DNA of 59,625 bases from a virus (lineage: Duplodnaviria; Caudoviricetes), in IMG/VR virus record IMGVR_UViG_3300020044_004496, positions 1-59,625 of that record; one strand, written 5' to 3'. The notes under the pieces are model-generated. The model was not told where the DNA came from, did no database searches, and saw only the letters and a program-made list of their open reading frames with translations. Positions 35,726-45,501 of this stretch are shown here, piece after piece (positions within the stretch are counted from its first letter, which is position 1; each line of letters begins with the position of its first letter). A program made the position numbers and the translations under genes.

Positions 35726-36238
35726 TTACGCCAGCATGGTTTCTGCGGCCTTCTCTACTTCAAGCACACGACGCTCCCACCCCTTACCAAAGTCAGCCCA
35801 AGTGTTCAGCGCTTTCAAGAACTGGAGCCGCTTGGCTTGGTACAGATCGACGATTTCGGCTGGATTGTGCGCTGCAACAGCTTGCAGGGTTGCGTGGCCG
35901 ATTGCGCCGTCTGGGTGTGCCCCGACACATTCTTGAAGCCACTTCGCAGCCCGACCGGGACCGGAATTAATGGATGCGTCAAATACAGCATAGTCTACTC
36001 CAGCAGGAAGATCGTCGCCCTTGATTTTGTCCCAGTACTTTGCTTTGTACAACGGAGCCACATCCGCCGGGGTCAGCGCCCGCATTGCTTTCTCATCCAC
36101 CGGATGCCCCACCCACTCCTCCCAAACCTGCTTGGTGCAGCCAAGGTTGGTCATGCCACCCGGATCGTGCGGATGGTTCACAAAGCCGCCTTCATGGTGC
36201 AGGACTGCGGCCAGCGCTTTGTCGAAGTTCTCTTTCAT
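35726..36238 (-). CDS. Endolysin, glycoside hydrolase family 108 with peptidoglycan-binding domain
   Basis: HEGGFVNHPHDPGGMTNLG, FDASINSG, FGKGWERR. Confidence 0.93.
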   Translation of the reverse strand: MKENFDKALAAVLHHEGGFVNHPHDPGGMTNLGCTKQVWEEWVGHPVDEKAMRALTPADVAPLYKAKYWDKIKGDDLPAGVDYAVFDASINSGPGRAAKWLQECVGAHPDGAIGHATLQAVAAHNPAEIVDLYQAKRLQFLKALNTWADFGKGWERRVLEVEKAAETMLA

Positions 36239-36462
36239 TTTTCAAGGTGCTCCGTCACTTTGACTGCTGCAAGGATGCCAATAAAGCCGCCTACGATGGT
36301 GTTGAAGGCTGGGCCAATGATAGGAAAAACATCATCGTTGTTGATGACGCTGTTGGGCATAAACAGGCCGTACAGAAAGACCCCAACCATCGATACCATA
36401 ACCAGCGACAGCGTGATGCTGACAAGGATGGTTACGAAGCAGATTGTGTTCTCACGGTTCAT
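36235..36462 (-). CDS. Two-TM membrane protein (lysis cassette)
   Basis: Two hydrophobic helices; PAFNTIVGGFIG. Confidence 0.6.
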   Translation of the reverse strand: MNRENTICFVTILVSITLSLVMVSMVGVFLYGLFMPNSVINNDDVFPIIGPAFNTIVGGFIGILAAVKVTEHLEK

Positions 36463-36857
36463 TTCTTGACCCCCATGATTTTCTCAAGCGTCCTTCCGCC
36501 AAAATAAAAACTCATGATGAGCATGCCCCATTGCCCAAGCAGCTGCACATATTCCTTGTTCACTTCCACGTCCCATGCCGACATCAAACCAAACACGGTG
36601 TAGGTGACAAGGATAAAGATCAAAGTCATGGGACGGATGTTCTTCGACAACCAAGAGTCAGAACCCATATCGGCTTTTAGCCGGTCTGTCAGTTCGTGCT
36701 GCTCCGATACGTCAGCATTCAACTGTGCCAATTCGCCGTTTTGCTGCATCTCCAGCAACTTCAACTTGGCTGCTTCAGCAGCAGCCGGGTCTGGGAACAC
36801 TTTGTCCAGAATCTTGCTACCAATATCTAGCACCGCACCGAGTGGAAACATGATCAA
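36459..36857 (-). CDS. Holin (3TM, GTA-type)
   Basis: KILDKVFPDP..SWLSKNIRP..YFGGRTLEK. Confidence 0.78.
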   Translation of the reverse strand: MIMFPLGAVLDIGSKILDKVFPDPAAAEAAKLKLLEMQQNGELAQLNADVSEQHELTDRLKADMGSDSWLSKNIRPMTLIFILVTYTVFGLMSAWDVEVNKEYVQLLGQWGMLIMSFYFGGRTLEKIMGVKK

Positions 36858-37387
36858 CCCCTGAAATAAATGGCGACGAAGATGATGATGCCGCCGATAC
36901 CCAAGAACACGAAGATGCCAGCCGTCATCAGCAACTCTTCCTGCTCCTGTTTCTTCCTTGCCGCCCTATCCTTTGCCAGCCTTGCCTTGCGTATTGCTTC
37001 TCTGTGCGCTTCATCCTGCTCACCTGCTATGCGGTTACGTTCAGCGCATAGTTCGTGGTACAAATCCAACTCGCCCTTGAGGGTAAACATGTCGCGCAGT
37101 TCGGTTTCAAACTGCTTCAACTGTTTGCGCTGCATCACAATCGTGAATGCTTGTGACAGGGCGCTTTCCTGCTTTTCAGCTTCTTTCGGGTCTTCTGGCT
37201 TAGGTTGAGCTTTTGCTATCTCAACTTCTTTGGCCGCTTTCTCAATTTCACCTTGAGCGTTGAAGAACTTTTGCAGGTCTTCGTAGCAATCTTTGATCTC
37301 ATGACCAAGCTCGATTGCTTGTTTAACTCCGGCTACGGCCCCCTTTGCGACGGCAAACGCCGCACCTATGGTGATTGGGTCGATCAT
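36854..37387 (-). CDS. Coiled-coil protein with C-terminal TM
   Basis: MIDPITI..; lysis-region context. Confidence 0.65.
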   Translation of the reverse strand: MIDPITIGAAFAVAKGAVAGVKQAIELGHEIKDCYEDLQKFFNAQGEIEKAAKEVEIAKAQPKPEDPKEAEKQESALSQAFTIVMQRKQLKQFETELRDMFTLKGELDLYHELCAERNRIAGEQDEAHREAIRKARLAKDRAARKKQEQEELLMTAGIFVFLGIGGIIIFVAIYFRG

Positions 37388-37402
37388 TTCGCATAAATCC
37401 TC

Positions 37403-37567
37403 TCATGACTTGGTGATCAGATGAATGAGCAGGAGGATGATGGCTCCGGCAGAACTGATCATGATGGCTTCAATGCGCTTGATGCGCAGAATGGTTTCCT
37501 TCCACCGAAGCTCGCAAACTGCCTCATGTGTAGTCAACCGTTTATCCAGTTCAACGTGGTCGTCCAT
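37403..37567 (-). CDS. Small membrane protein (HEAVCELRW..RIKRIE + TM), XhlA-like
   Basis: Hand-translated 54 aa; not in the ORF track. Confidence 0.6.
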   Translation of the reverse strand: MDDHVELDKRLTTHEAVCELRWKETILRIKRIEAIMISSAGAIILLLIHLITKS

Positions 37568-37575
37568 GACGTGCC

Positions 37576-38892
37576 TTAGTATTCAAAGATGATGACCCCA
37601 CCGGAGCCGTGCCCGTTACTTCCTGCACCGCCGCCGCCATACCCAGTAGCATTTCCAGAGGAGTACCCATAAATACCACCCCAACCAAACAAAGAATTGC
37701 CGCCCGGCCCGCCGTTATCCCCACCTCTTTGGCCCGGTATGTTGATGTCTCCGCCTGATGCAGTACCTCCAGCGCCACCACTAGATGAACTGTCTCCGGG
37801 GCGAATACCAACCCCACCAGAAATTGTGGTTATAGATTGTGTTCCTGAAGATACCGTTGATTCATTGTTTTCAGTGTTGGTTTGTCCATAACCAACGTAG
37901 TAGGCCAAAGTATTCCCCGGAGTCAATCCGGTGAGGGTTTTGATTGCCACACCCCCACCACCACCGCCACCATCAGAAGACCGCGCCCCACCTGCACCGC
38001 CACTGACAACGGTTACTTTGACCACAGTAACGCCAGAAGGAATGGTGAACGTGCCGGAGCCAGCCGTTGTTTTGTAAACGGTGGTGGCAATAGGGGATGT
38101 GGTAAATGTTTGAAATGTGGGAAGCGCACCAGCGCCGTTGCTGGTCAGCACTTGGCCAGAAGTGCCAACGCTTGCTATTGATTGAATCGCGCCGGTTGAA
38201 GTCGTGCCGCCAGCCAGCAGTGCATAGGCAGTGTTGGAAGCGACGCCTGTTCCGCCAAGGTTGACCGGGATGGTGCTGCCAATCGACAGCGTTGGGGTGT
38301 TGCCACCAGACGATGCAAGGGGTGAAGTTGCGCTGACGCTGGAGACGAACGTGGCGGCAGCGGATGATTGCCAGCCTGTGCCGGTTGAAGTCAGAATGTT
38401 GCCAGCAGTGCCGGGAGAAGTCAGGCCAGTGCCGCCATAGGCAGCGCCAAGAGCGTTGGTCAAGGTCAGCGTACCAGCAGCCAACGATGTGACGTAGTTC
38501 GTGGCATCTACGATGTCAGTGCCGTTCGACACCAAGATCATCTTTTTGCCAGCCGGAACAGAAACGCCAGTTTGCCCACTGACCTTGACCGTCACTGCGG
38601 CAGCAGAAGCTGAAGTGTTGTTGTAAACGAAGTACAGCTTCTTGTTGGATGGCACAACCAGATTTCCGCCGCCAGCACCTGTCAACTCAATGTACATGTT
38701 CCGAGCGGTTCCTGTTGCGCCGTTCGGAATGGTGATGGTGTCAGTGCCGCCAGTGCAAGAGTAGGTGACATAACCACTGATCGCTTGTTCAATCAGCGTA
38801 CCGAGGTTGGTGTTGGTTGTAGTACCCCAAGTGCCGGATTGTTCACCAGTACCGATGAGTTCTAGCGCAAGATTGGTCGAGTATGTAGACAT
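37576..38892 (-). CDS. Tail fibre protein with C-terminal Gly-rich domain
   Basis: Anchor-like N-terminus (L.L.L..TGE.SGTWG..TN.N), GGTG repeats, Gly-rich tip. Confidence 0.7.
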   Translation of the reverse strand: MSTYSTNLALELIGTGEQSGTWGTTTNTNLGTLIEQAISGYVTYSCTGGTDTITIPNGATGTARNMYIELTGAGGGNLVVPSNKKLYFVYNNTSASAAAVTVKVSGQTGVSVPAGKKMILVSNGTDIVDATNYVTSLAAGTLTLTNALGAAYGGTGLTSPGTAGNILTSTGTGWQSSAAATFVSSVSATSPLASSGGNTPTLSIGSTIPVNLGGTGVASNTAYALLAGGTTSTGAIQSIASVGTSGQVLTSNGAGALPTFQTFTTSPIATTVYKTTAGSGTFTIPSGVTVVKVTVVSGGAGGARSSDGGGGGGGVAIKTLTGLTPGNTLAYYVGYGQTNTENNESTVSSGTQSITTISGGVGIRPGDSSSSGGAGGTASGGDINIPGQRGGDNGGPGGNSLFGWGGIYGYSSGNATGYGGGGAGSNGHGSGGVIIFEY

Positions 38893-38901
38893 GGTTTTCC
38901 T

Positions 38902-39240
38902 TTATACGGCAACCCAAGAAACAGTTTTTTCATCCCAAACATAAGCTCCAGCATTTGGGCGCGGAATAGGCGGTTCCCACAGCCATGTTGCATTATTCAA
39001 AGTCCAAGACGGGTACGGCTGCGGAGCGTAAAACACGTCGTTTGTATGATCGTAAACAAACCCGACTCCAGCGTAATTTCCACGCAACGGACGACCTTCT
39101 GGATGCTGATTACCAAAAGTGTTGTATGAAGTTTGAATCCAAACCCCCGGGGATGAGTCAACAAAGGAGTTGAAAAAATCAGCCTCGGCAACAATGACTT
39201 GCGTGACTTTTCCATCCACAACTTTTGCGTAATGACTCAT
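38902..39240 (-). CDS. Small partner of Gly-rich fibre proteins
   Basis: HYAK..V.QVIV..WIQTSYNT..RGNYAG.G..YD...D.F..PQPYPSW; paralog of 40423..40782. Confidence 0.7.
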   Translation of the reverse strand: MSHYAKVVDGKVTQVIVAEADFFNSFVDSSPGVWIQTSYNTFGNQHPEGRPLRGNYAGVGFVYDHTNDVFYAPQPYPSWTLNNATWLWEPPIPRPNAGAYVWDEKTVSWVAV

Positions 39241-40217
39241 GCTGTGTACGTCCCTGACGCGGTAAATTTAATAATCGTGTTTGATCCAGATGTGGTAACA
39301 GTAGGCGACCCGGTAGTTGTGCCTGTGTAATTTGCAGTGGGTACAGAAAGGATTACCACTCCTGATCCACCTGAACCTCCAGCAGCCGCACCCCCTTGCC
39401 CTCCGCCACCACCACCACCTGTGTTTGCAGAGCCAGCCGTTGCGCCGGTCGATGCATAACCTCCTGCGCCTCCCCCACCAGTACCGCCGGTTCCTCCACC
39501 AGCCGTATTACTGCCGCCACCTCCACCTCCGGCGTATGTAACAGAAGAACCGGTGATTGAAGATGCCGTTCCGTTACCTCCTAAACCACCAGATGTTCCG
39601 GAGTTTGCGCCACCAGCAGCACCTGCCCCACCACCACCACCGCCGGGGCCGCTACCATTTGCTGTTGGCGTTCCTCCAGCATTTCCTTGCCCACTTGTGC
39701 CAGCACCTCCAGTTCCAACAGCAGAGCCGTTGTTTCCGCCTCCGCCGCCCGAACCACCAGCCACACCGTTTCCAGCAATTGTTCCACCGCCACCACCGCC
39801 AATTGCAGTTATGGTGCTTATCAACCCGCCGGATAAAACAGAATTATTTCCACTTGCTCCAGTACCAGCAGCTGCTGTACCTCCAGCGCCAACTGTTGCT
39901 GTGTAAACCGTTCCGGGCAACAGACTAACGGTGCCAGACAAAAGTCCGCCAGCGCCGCCACCGCCAGCGTTTTTATCTCCACCAGCACCGCCTCCCGCAA
40001 CTACTAGATATGAAGCAGTGTAAACAGAAAGCAAAGTCCCAGTAGTAGTGGGTAGTGTAAGCGTTCCAGTATTGACAATTGTGGATATGACGGGGCTGGT
40101 AAGTGTTTTGTTGGTCAGGGTTTGTGTGTCGGTTGTACCCACGACAGCACCTGCCGGGTTGCCTGTACCCCCAGCAGGAAACGTGACTCCAGTGCTACCA
40201 TCAATCGTTGTTGCCAT
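39237..40217 (-). CDS. Gly-rich (polyglycine) fibre/adhesin-like protein
   Basis: YLVVAGGGAGG..YTATVGAGG..GGSGGSGVVIL. Confidence 0.7.
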   Translation of the reverse strand: MATTIDGSTGVTFPAGGTGNPAGAVVGTTDTQTLTNKTLTSPVISTIVNTGTLTLPTTTGTLLSVYTASYLVVAGGGAGGDKNAGGGGAGGLLSGTVSLLPGTVYTATVGAGGTAAAGTGASGNNSVLSGGLISTITAIGGGGGGTIAGNGVAGGSGGGGGNNGSAVGTGGAGTSGQGNAGGTPTANGSGPGGGGGGAGAAGGANSGTSGGLGGNGTASSITGSSVTYAGGGGGGSNTAGGGTGGTGGGGAGGYASTGATAGSANTGGGGGGGQGGAAAGGSGGSGVVILSVPTANYTGTTTGSPTVTTSGSNTIIKFTASGTYTA

Positions 40218-40225
40218 GCTTACCC

Positions 40226-40426
40226 CTATTTAACGCCAATCATGGTCATGATTTCGTCAATTGTTTCTTTCACTTCCCAAGAGTTGCCATTCATTCCAAA
40301 AGCCACGGTCACTTTTGTACCATCCTCTTGCGTGTTCTCGAAGAACGACATCATCGCCTCGGTGTTGAGGATCAAACCTTCACCGATGCGCCCCTTGGTA
40401 GCATTGGTCAACCTGATCAGCTTCAT
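40226..40426 (-). CDS. Small FlbD/SwrD-like protein
   Basis: MKLIRLT..LILN...M..F....T......G..WEVKETIDEI; GGAG RBS. Confidence 0.5.
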   Translation of the reverse strand: MKLIRLTNATKGRIGEGLILNTEAMMSFFENTQEDGTKVTVAFGMNGNSWEVKETIDEIMTMIGVK

Positions 40427-40782
40427 GCTTGCTCCACCCACGAGGTCGTGGCTTCATCCCACGAATACCGCTTGTCATCAGTCGGCATAGGCACGGGCGC
40501 ATTCCACAGGCAAGTGTCCTCATTCAACACCCAAGATGGATACGGCTGCGGAGGAATGAAAGCATCACGCTGCGCATCATAGGTGTAGCCCAATCCCGCG
40601 TAGTTCTTGCGAAATGGCGTACCGCCGAGAGCGTGAACCCCGCCATGCGTGTTGTACGAGGTCTGCCTGTAGACATCGCCGGTACGAGCAGTCAGCTCAT
40701 CTTCCTTGCCCTCATCTTCATCACGACCTACGGTGACGAAAACAACGACATTATTTACATCAAGTTTTGCAAAATGTGCCAT
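40423..40782 (-). CDS. Small partner of Gly-rich fibre proteins (paralog 2)
   Basis: MAHFAK..QTSYNT..RKNYAG.GYTYD...DAFIPPQPYPSW. Confidence 0.7.
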   Translation of the reverse strand: MAHFAKLDVNNVVVFVTVGRDEDEGKEDELTARTGDVYRQTSYNTHGGVHALGGTPFRKNYAGLGYTYDAQRDAFIPPQPYPSWVLNEDTCLWNAPVPMPTDDKRYSWDEATTSWVEQA

Positions 40783-40790
40783 GACTTTTC

Positions 40791-42548
40791 CTATGAGAAT
40801 GTTACAGTTTCGCTCGTCGTGCTAGTCGCAGTCACAGTATAAATCTTGAATCCGTTGCTAGTGGTAGATGTTTGCGTCACGCCGCCAGAGAATGTTGCGG
40901 TAAGTCTGTCAATTACTCTGAGGATGACTACGCCGCTGCCGCCAGCATTACTTGTGCCGTTGCCGCCATAGCCACCGCCACCGCCGCCGCGATTAGCTGT
41001 GCCAGCAGTGCCTTGCGTGGAGCCGTTGCCCGAACCGCCATTGCCGCCGCCGCCTGACCCCCCCGTTCCTCCGCCACCAAATCCACCTCCCGCACCACCA
41101 CCGGCATAGGTAACGCTGGAGCCAGAAATACTCGATGCTGTTCCTGCACCACCTGCGCCGCTAGAAACATCGCCCGCACTACCTGCGGCGCTTGCGCCAC
41201 CACCGCCACCGCCAATCATGGTCACATCGTTTTGGCCTTTACCGCCACCGCCATTGGTTCCCTGCGCTGGTGTCGTGCTTGGGGTATTGCCTGTGCCACC
41301 ATTGCCGTTTCGGTTGACCGATGAGCCACCATCGGCTGCACCGCCGCCACCGCCCGAGCCACCATTTTGTCCATCTTGGTTGTACGGAGACGCCAAGCTG
41401 CTGGAGCCGTAGGAGCCACCGCCACCACCACCTGTTGAAGTGATTGTGCTGTATACAGAATTGGAACCGTTTGATCCCAAGGCCGTTAAGCCTGTTGCTC
41501 CAGCGCCGCCCGCACCAACAGTCACTGTGTAGCTTGTGCCAAGCGTTATAGCAGACCCATTAGCAGTTCTAAAACCACCTGCGCCACCACCGCCCGCAGT
41601 GAAGTATGAACCACCACCACCGCCACCGGCAACAACCAAGTAATCAACCGAAGGCGAAGCGGAAAACGTCACAGTCTCCGAAGTGGTCGAAGTCGCTGTG
41701 ACTGTGTAGATGTTGTAACCGCTGACTGCGCTGCTAAAGGTGTACGTTACGCCGCTTGAAAATGCAGCGTATGCAGTCGATGGCACTTTGATGATGACGA
41801 TGCCAGAGCCACCGCTACCGCCGTTGTTGAATGATCCGTTGTAGGAGCCGCCACCACCCCCGCCGCCCGTATTTGCAGTTCCAGCCGATCCAGTTGAGGT
41901 TGAGGTTGCTCCGCCACCACCCGTTCCCGCCGTTCCGGGGCTGTAATTTCTCGTGTCTGAACCGCCAGCGCCGCCTCCAGCATAGGTTACAGACGAACCG
42001 GAAATGCTTGATGCAGTTCCGTTGCCGCCGTTACCCGCACCACCCGAACCGCCCGATGTGCCAACAGCAGACGCACCGCCGCCGCCGCCTTGCTGAATCG
42101 TGCCGCTTTTCAGTCCAGTATTTGCGCCACCGTTGTTGCCTTGACTTGGGCTAGTTGAAGGCGTGTTTCCTGAACCGCCAGCGCCGTTAGTCGTCGGGTT
42201 ATCGCCGTATGCGCCACCACCGCCTGATCCCCCATCTGCGCCGTTTGCGATAGCTGAACTTGTTGGATTTGCATAAGAACCACCACCACCGCCGCCCGCC
42301 GATGTGATGGTATTAAATACGGAATTTGAGCCTGATCCGGCGCGAAGACTTGCGCCGTTCGTCGTGCCGCCAGCGCCAACTGTAACTGTGTATGCTACTC
42401 CATAGGACAAAGATTGGGAGGTGAGTTCTCTGTACCCCCCTGCACCTCCTCCACCACCAGCATTGCCGCCAGCGCCGCCACCCGCTACCACAAGATAGTC
42501 AGCAGTGATGCCAGCGCCAGTAAAGAAAAAGTTCTTAGCGGCAAACAT
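40791..42548 (-). CDS. Gly-rich protein with two tandem polyglycine domains
   Basis: Two DYLVVAGGG..IYTVTATSTTSETVTFS units. Confidence 0.72.
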   Translation of the reverse strand: MFAAKNFFFTGAGITADYLVVAGGGAGGNAGGGGGAGGYRELTSQSLSYGVAYTVTVGAGGTTNGASLRAGSGSNSVFNTITSAGGGGGGSYANPTSSAIANGADGGSGGGGAYGDNPTTNGAGGSGNTPSTSPSQGNNGGANTGLKSGTIQQGGGGGASAVGTSGGSGGAGNGGNGTASSISGSSVTYAGGGAGGSDTRNYSPGTAGTGGGGATSTSTGSAGTANTGGGGGGGSYNGSFNNGGSGGSGIVIIKVPSTAYAAFSSGVTYTFSSAVSGYNIYTVTATSTTSETVTFSASPSVDYLVVAGGGGGGSYFTAGGGGAGGFRTANGSAITLGTSYTVTVGAGGAGATGLTALGSNGSNSVYSTITSTGGGGGGSYGSSSLASPYNQDGQNGGSGGGGGAADGGSSVNRNGNGGTGNTPSTTPAQGTNGGGGKGQNDVTMIGGGGGGASAAGSAGDVSSGAGGAGTASSISGSSVTYAGGGAGGGFGGGGTGGSGGGGNGGSGNGSTQGTAGTANRGGGGGGYGGNGTSNAGGSGVVILRVIDRLTATFSGGVTQTSTTSNGFKIYTVTATSTTSETVTFS

Positions 42549-43027
42549 TATGGGGTGTATCCCTGCGCAATCGAACCGTACCAGTTCGTTCCGTCACTGA
42601 CAAAAGACAAAATGTCCATTTTTCCGGCTGTTGCGGTAATCGTCGGAGCGCCCGCAGTGCCCCACTTGACGCTGGTGAATGTTGCCGTTCCGTTGCCGGT
42701 TGAGGCTGCTTGTTTGAGCAGCAGAATGAAAGATTTGCCAGCGGTTGCCGTAGGCATCGTAAACGTACAAGCGGTTGATGCTGTCAATGTCGCGGTCTGA
42801 ACAGTGCCAGAAGCCAAGGACAGTGTATTGGAAGACGTAACAGTCCCAATTGTCACAACACCTTCTGTGTAGCTACCAGACAGGTTCAAACTCTGCGCAG
42901 TATCAATCGTAACGGCAGTTGTGCCACCCGACCCAGTGTCATTAGTTTTGAGTGTGAGACTGCCAGCCGTATCGCCAGTGATGACAATAGGGTTTGATGC
43001 CCCAGTTCCTGCGGTAATCACGCTCAT
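42548..43027 (-). CDS. Tail fibre-associated protein
   Basis: VKWGTAGAPTITATAGKMDILSFVSDGTNWYG motif typical of fibre modules. Confidence 0.65.
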   Translation of the reverse strand: MSVITAGTGASNPIVITGDTAGSLTLKTNDTGSGGTTAVTIDTAQSLNLSGSYTEGVVTIGTVTSSNTLSLASGTVQTATLTASTACTFTMPTATAGKSFILLLKQAASTGNGTATFTSVKWGTAGAPTITATAGKMDILSFVSDGTNWYGSIAQGYTP

Positions 43028-43497
43028 AATACAACCCACCTTTGTCCAGAAGCGACAGTCACTGCGACGCCGCTGTTAATCGTTATTGCTCCAACAGAAA
43101 GACCATTTGTCCCGGTTCCAATTGTGCAACTTACTGTTACGGTAGTTGAGTTGATCTGTATCGCACCTTGCCCACCACCCAAACCTGTAATCGTGCGCTC
43201 TGCCGGGTAAGTGACAAATACATCTTTAGTTCCGGCGCTGAAGTTGACCAAGCTGCCGCTATTGCTGGAAGCCAGAACCGTGGTACGAGCAAGCGTAGTT
43301 CCAGACGATGTGTACGTCCCGATACCAACTTCCCATTCGTTGGCTGTCTGATGTGCGATGGTGTAATAGGTAGTGTTGCCGTTACCAATGACGGAAAAGT
43401 TCTGGTATCCAGTCGGCGCGGTTCCACTGAGCGTGACTGTCCCCGTACTCGACGTGGTAGTCGTGTCCTTTACTCGATCTGCAAGAATCAGAGCCAT
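43024..43497 (-). CDS. Putative tail protein
   Basis: LADRVKDTTTT..WEVGIGTY..VNFSAGTKDVFVTYPA. Confidence 0.65.
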   Translation of the reverse strand: MALILADRVKDTTTTSSTGTVTLSGTAPTGYQNFSVIGNGNTTYYTIAHQTANEWEVGIGTYTSSGTTLARTTVLASSNSGSLVNFSAGTKDVFVTYPAERTITGLGGGQGAIQINSTTVTVSCTIGTGTNGLSVGAITINSGVAVTVASGQRWVVL

Positions 43498-44339
43498 CAG
43501 TTCACCGTATCAATAAGCTGCCAACCGGCAGAAATATCACTGTCTATCTCAGCCCAGCTTGCGCTTTCGGCGCTGTCAATCAACTGCCAGTTGACGCTCT
43601 GAGAGTCATCAATCAGCTTCCAATACACCGCCACCGGAGTGCCAACCAAACCTGCTGCATTGACTCCTGTCAAGATACCAACCCTACTATGTCCTACCGA
43701 TCCAACCAATCCAGATGCCACATCGCCAGTCAGGGCAAACGAAGCATCTCGCGCAACCGTACCAACCAACCCACTTCCAACCGCGCCAGTCAGGGCAATT
43801 GCCAGTACCGGCCCAACAGTTCCAACTTCACCAACTGCAAAATCACTACCAAGCGATATGACTACTATGAACCCACCGGTAAAACCACTGGCGTTTACGC
43901 CAGTCAAACCCGCAGAGCGGCTTACCGATAGATTTCCAACTGCCCCTGATGCTACATCGCCCGTAAGGGCAAAAGACGGATTTGCCGTTACAGAACCCGT
44001 TATCCCGCTTCCAACAGTCCCAGTCAGAGCGACGGTTTTAGTAGCCGCAACCGTGCCAACCAACCCTGACGCAATAACACTAGTCAGGGCGATACTGTTA
44101 ACAGTCAATACCGTACCAATACCACCCGACGCAGTATCGCCGGTTATTGCAATAGAAGGTGCTGCTGTTAAAGAGCCAACTACACCACTTGCTACAACAC
44201 CCGTCAGTGCAACCGATGAACTGGCCGCAACCGTACCTACAGCACCACTGGCCGCATTTCCTGTTAGTGCAACTGAAACTACCTGACCGCCACCTAATGA
44301 CGCAAACGGTACTTCAGCAAATGCGGATGTCCCGAACAT
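43497..44339 (-). CDS. Repetitive Val/Gly/Thr structural protein
   Basis: ~20-aa (ALTG..ASG.VG.V) repeats; MFG...FAEVPFASL N-terminus. Confidence 0.65.
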   Translation of the reverse strand: MFGTSAFAEVPFASLGGGQVVSVALTGNAASGAVGTVAASSSVALTGVVASGVVGSLTAAPSIAITGDTASGGIGTVLTVNSIALTSVIASGLVGTVAATKTVALTGTVGSGITGSVTANPSFALTGDVASGAVGNLSVSRSAGLTGVNASGFTGGFIVVISLGSDFAVGEVGTVGPVLAIALTGAVGSGLVGTVARDASFALTGDVASGLVGSVGHSRVGILTGVNAAGLVGTPVAVYWKLIDDSQSVNWQLIDSAESASWAEIDSDISAGWQLIDTVN

Positions 44340-44365
44340 AAGCTACGCGGCTATGCCGCGCCCGG

Positions 44366-44866
44366 TTAGGTGGTAGACAAGCGCAGCAGCGCGTTCGTGG
44401 TGTCGTTGGTCGGCATGGTCAGCGTAAAAGTGCCAGAGGTAATCGTCTGCGATCCAAACGTGTGAACGCTTACAGCCTTGTTGCTCTGTGTTGAGTTGTA
44501 GACCAGCACAGCATCAAACGCCGTGGTTACGGTCAGAGCAGACCAGCTAAAACTAGCACTCGGGGTCCAGTACGCCACACCGGCCGTCGAAGACGAGTTA
44601 GTTGAGTTTGGCGCGGTTGCATTAGTCACCGTTACACCACCAGCCGTATAACCGGAGCCAGAGCTGTTAGTCACCTCACCCGTCGTGCTGTAAGCCGTGG
44701 TAGAAGCGTTGATCGTTGCCGAAGCAAAGTACAACGCAGCCTTGAAAGTATCCGTGGTCGGCGCAGTCAAGCTACCACGCGAAGTCAACGTGGACGAGCC
44801 AAACTGGTGCTGGCCGAGCATCAGCTCCTTCATGAAGCTGGTACACATAGATTGGGTGTTAGCCAT
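44366..44866 (-). CDS. Structural protein, paralog A
   Basis: FKAALY..TTAYSTTGEV..GYTAGG. Confidence 0.7.
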   Translation of the reverse strand: MANTQSMCTSFMKELMLGQHQFGSSTLTSRGSLTAPTTDTFKAALYFASATINASTTAYSTTGEVTNSSGSGYTAGGVTVTNATAPNSTNSSSTAGVAYWTPSASFSWSALTVTTAFDAVLVYNSTQSNKAVSVHTFGSQTITSGTFTLTMPTNDTTNALLRLSTT

Positions 44867-44875
44867 GATCTTCCT

Positions 44876-45067
44876 TTATGCAAAAGCGGCGGCTTCACCG
44901 CCAAAATTAACAGGTTGCTTCAGCCTGACATGCGCGGAACGATGCACCAACTCACCATCGAGCCAATACTCAACCCAAGTGGTCATTTCAATTTCATTGT
45001 CGATAGAGCCTTCCCGCTTCTCCAGCAGGGAATCATCCATGTCACCTTTGGTGGTTGTTACGATCAC
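44876..45067 (-). CDS. Hypothetical protein
   Basis: GAGG RBS; WVEYWLDGELVHRS. Confidence 0.65.
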   Translation of the reverse strand: MIVTTTKGDMDDSLLEKREGSIDNEIEMTTWVEYWLDGELVHRSAHVRLKQPVNFGGEAAAFA

Positions 45068-45501
45068 GATATCCTCACGATTGCGTTGGTATTGTCTGCG
45101 GTTGGGAATTGCACTTGGAACGTGCCGGTTGAAGTCTTGTCACTGCCAAAATCCAGCACAATCATGGCTGGATTGGCAGAGCCGTCGTACTTGTAAATCA
45201 ACGCGCCGCGTGCCGTGAATGAGCCGGACCAAGTGACATCGGCAAACGAGTAGTACGAAGTCGTGCCAGATGAGCCAACAGTCGGCACTTGCGTAATGGT
45301 CAGCGTCTCTCCGCCAGCCGTGTACCCTGTGGCAGACACTTCGCCCGTCGTGGTGTAGGCAGTCGTTTGGTAATCCAACGTGGCCGTGTTGGTGTACAGC
45401 GCAATCTTGAAGACTTGCGTCGTGCCCGTACCCAGATTGAATGTGCCGGTGTTCAGCCCATTCTTGTAGGTGTTGGTTGCGTAATTGCCGGTAAAAGCCA
45501 T
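45064..45501 (-). CDS. Structural protein, paralog B
   Basis: FKIALY..TTAYTTTGEV..GYTAGG. Confidence 0.7.
   Translation of the reverse strand: MAFTGNYATNTYKNGLNTGTFNLGTGTTQVFKIALYTNTATLDYQTTAYTTTGEVSATGYTAGGETLTITQVPTVGSSGTTSYYSFADVTWSGSFTARGALIYKYDGSANPAMIVLDFGSDKTSTGTFQVQFPTADNTNAIVRIS

Noticed and set aside
37576-42548. Diversity-generating retroelement acting on the fibre genes
   Set aside because: No reverse transcriptase, and no near-identical TR/VR pair differing only at adenines was seen
44346-44360. CGCGGC-TAT-GCCGCG hairpin as a terminator
   Set aside because: No U tract on either strand; at most a stabilising hairpin
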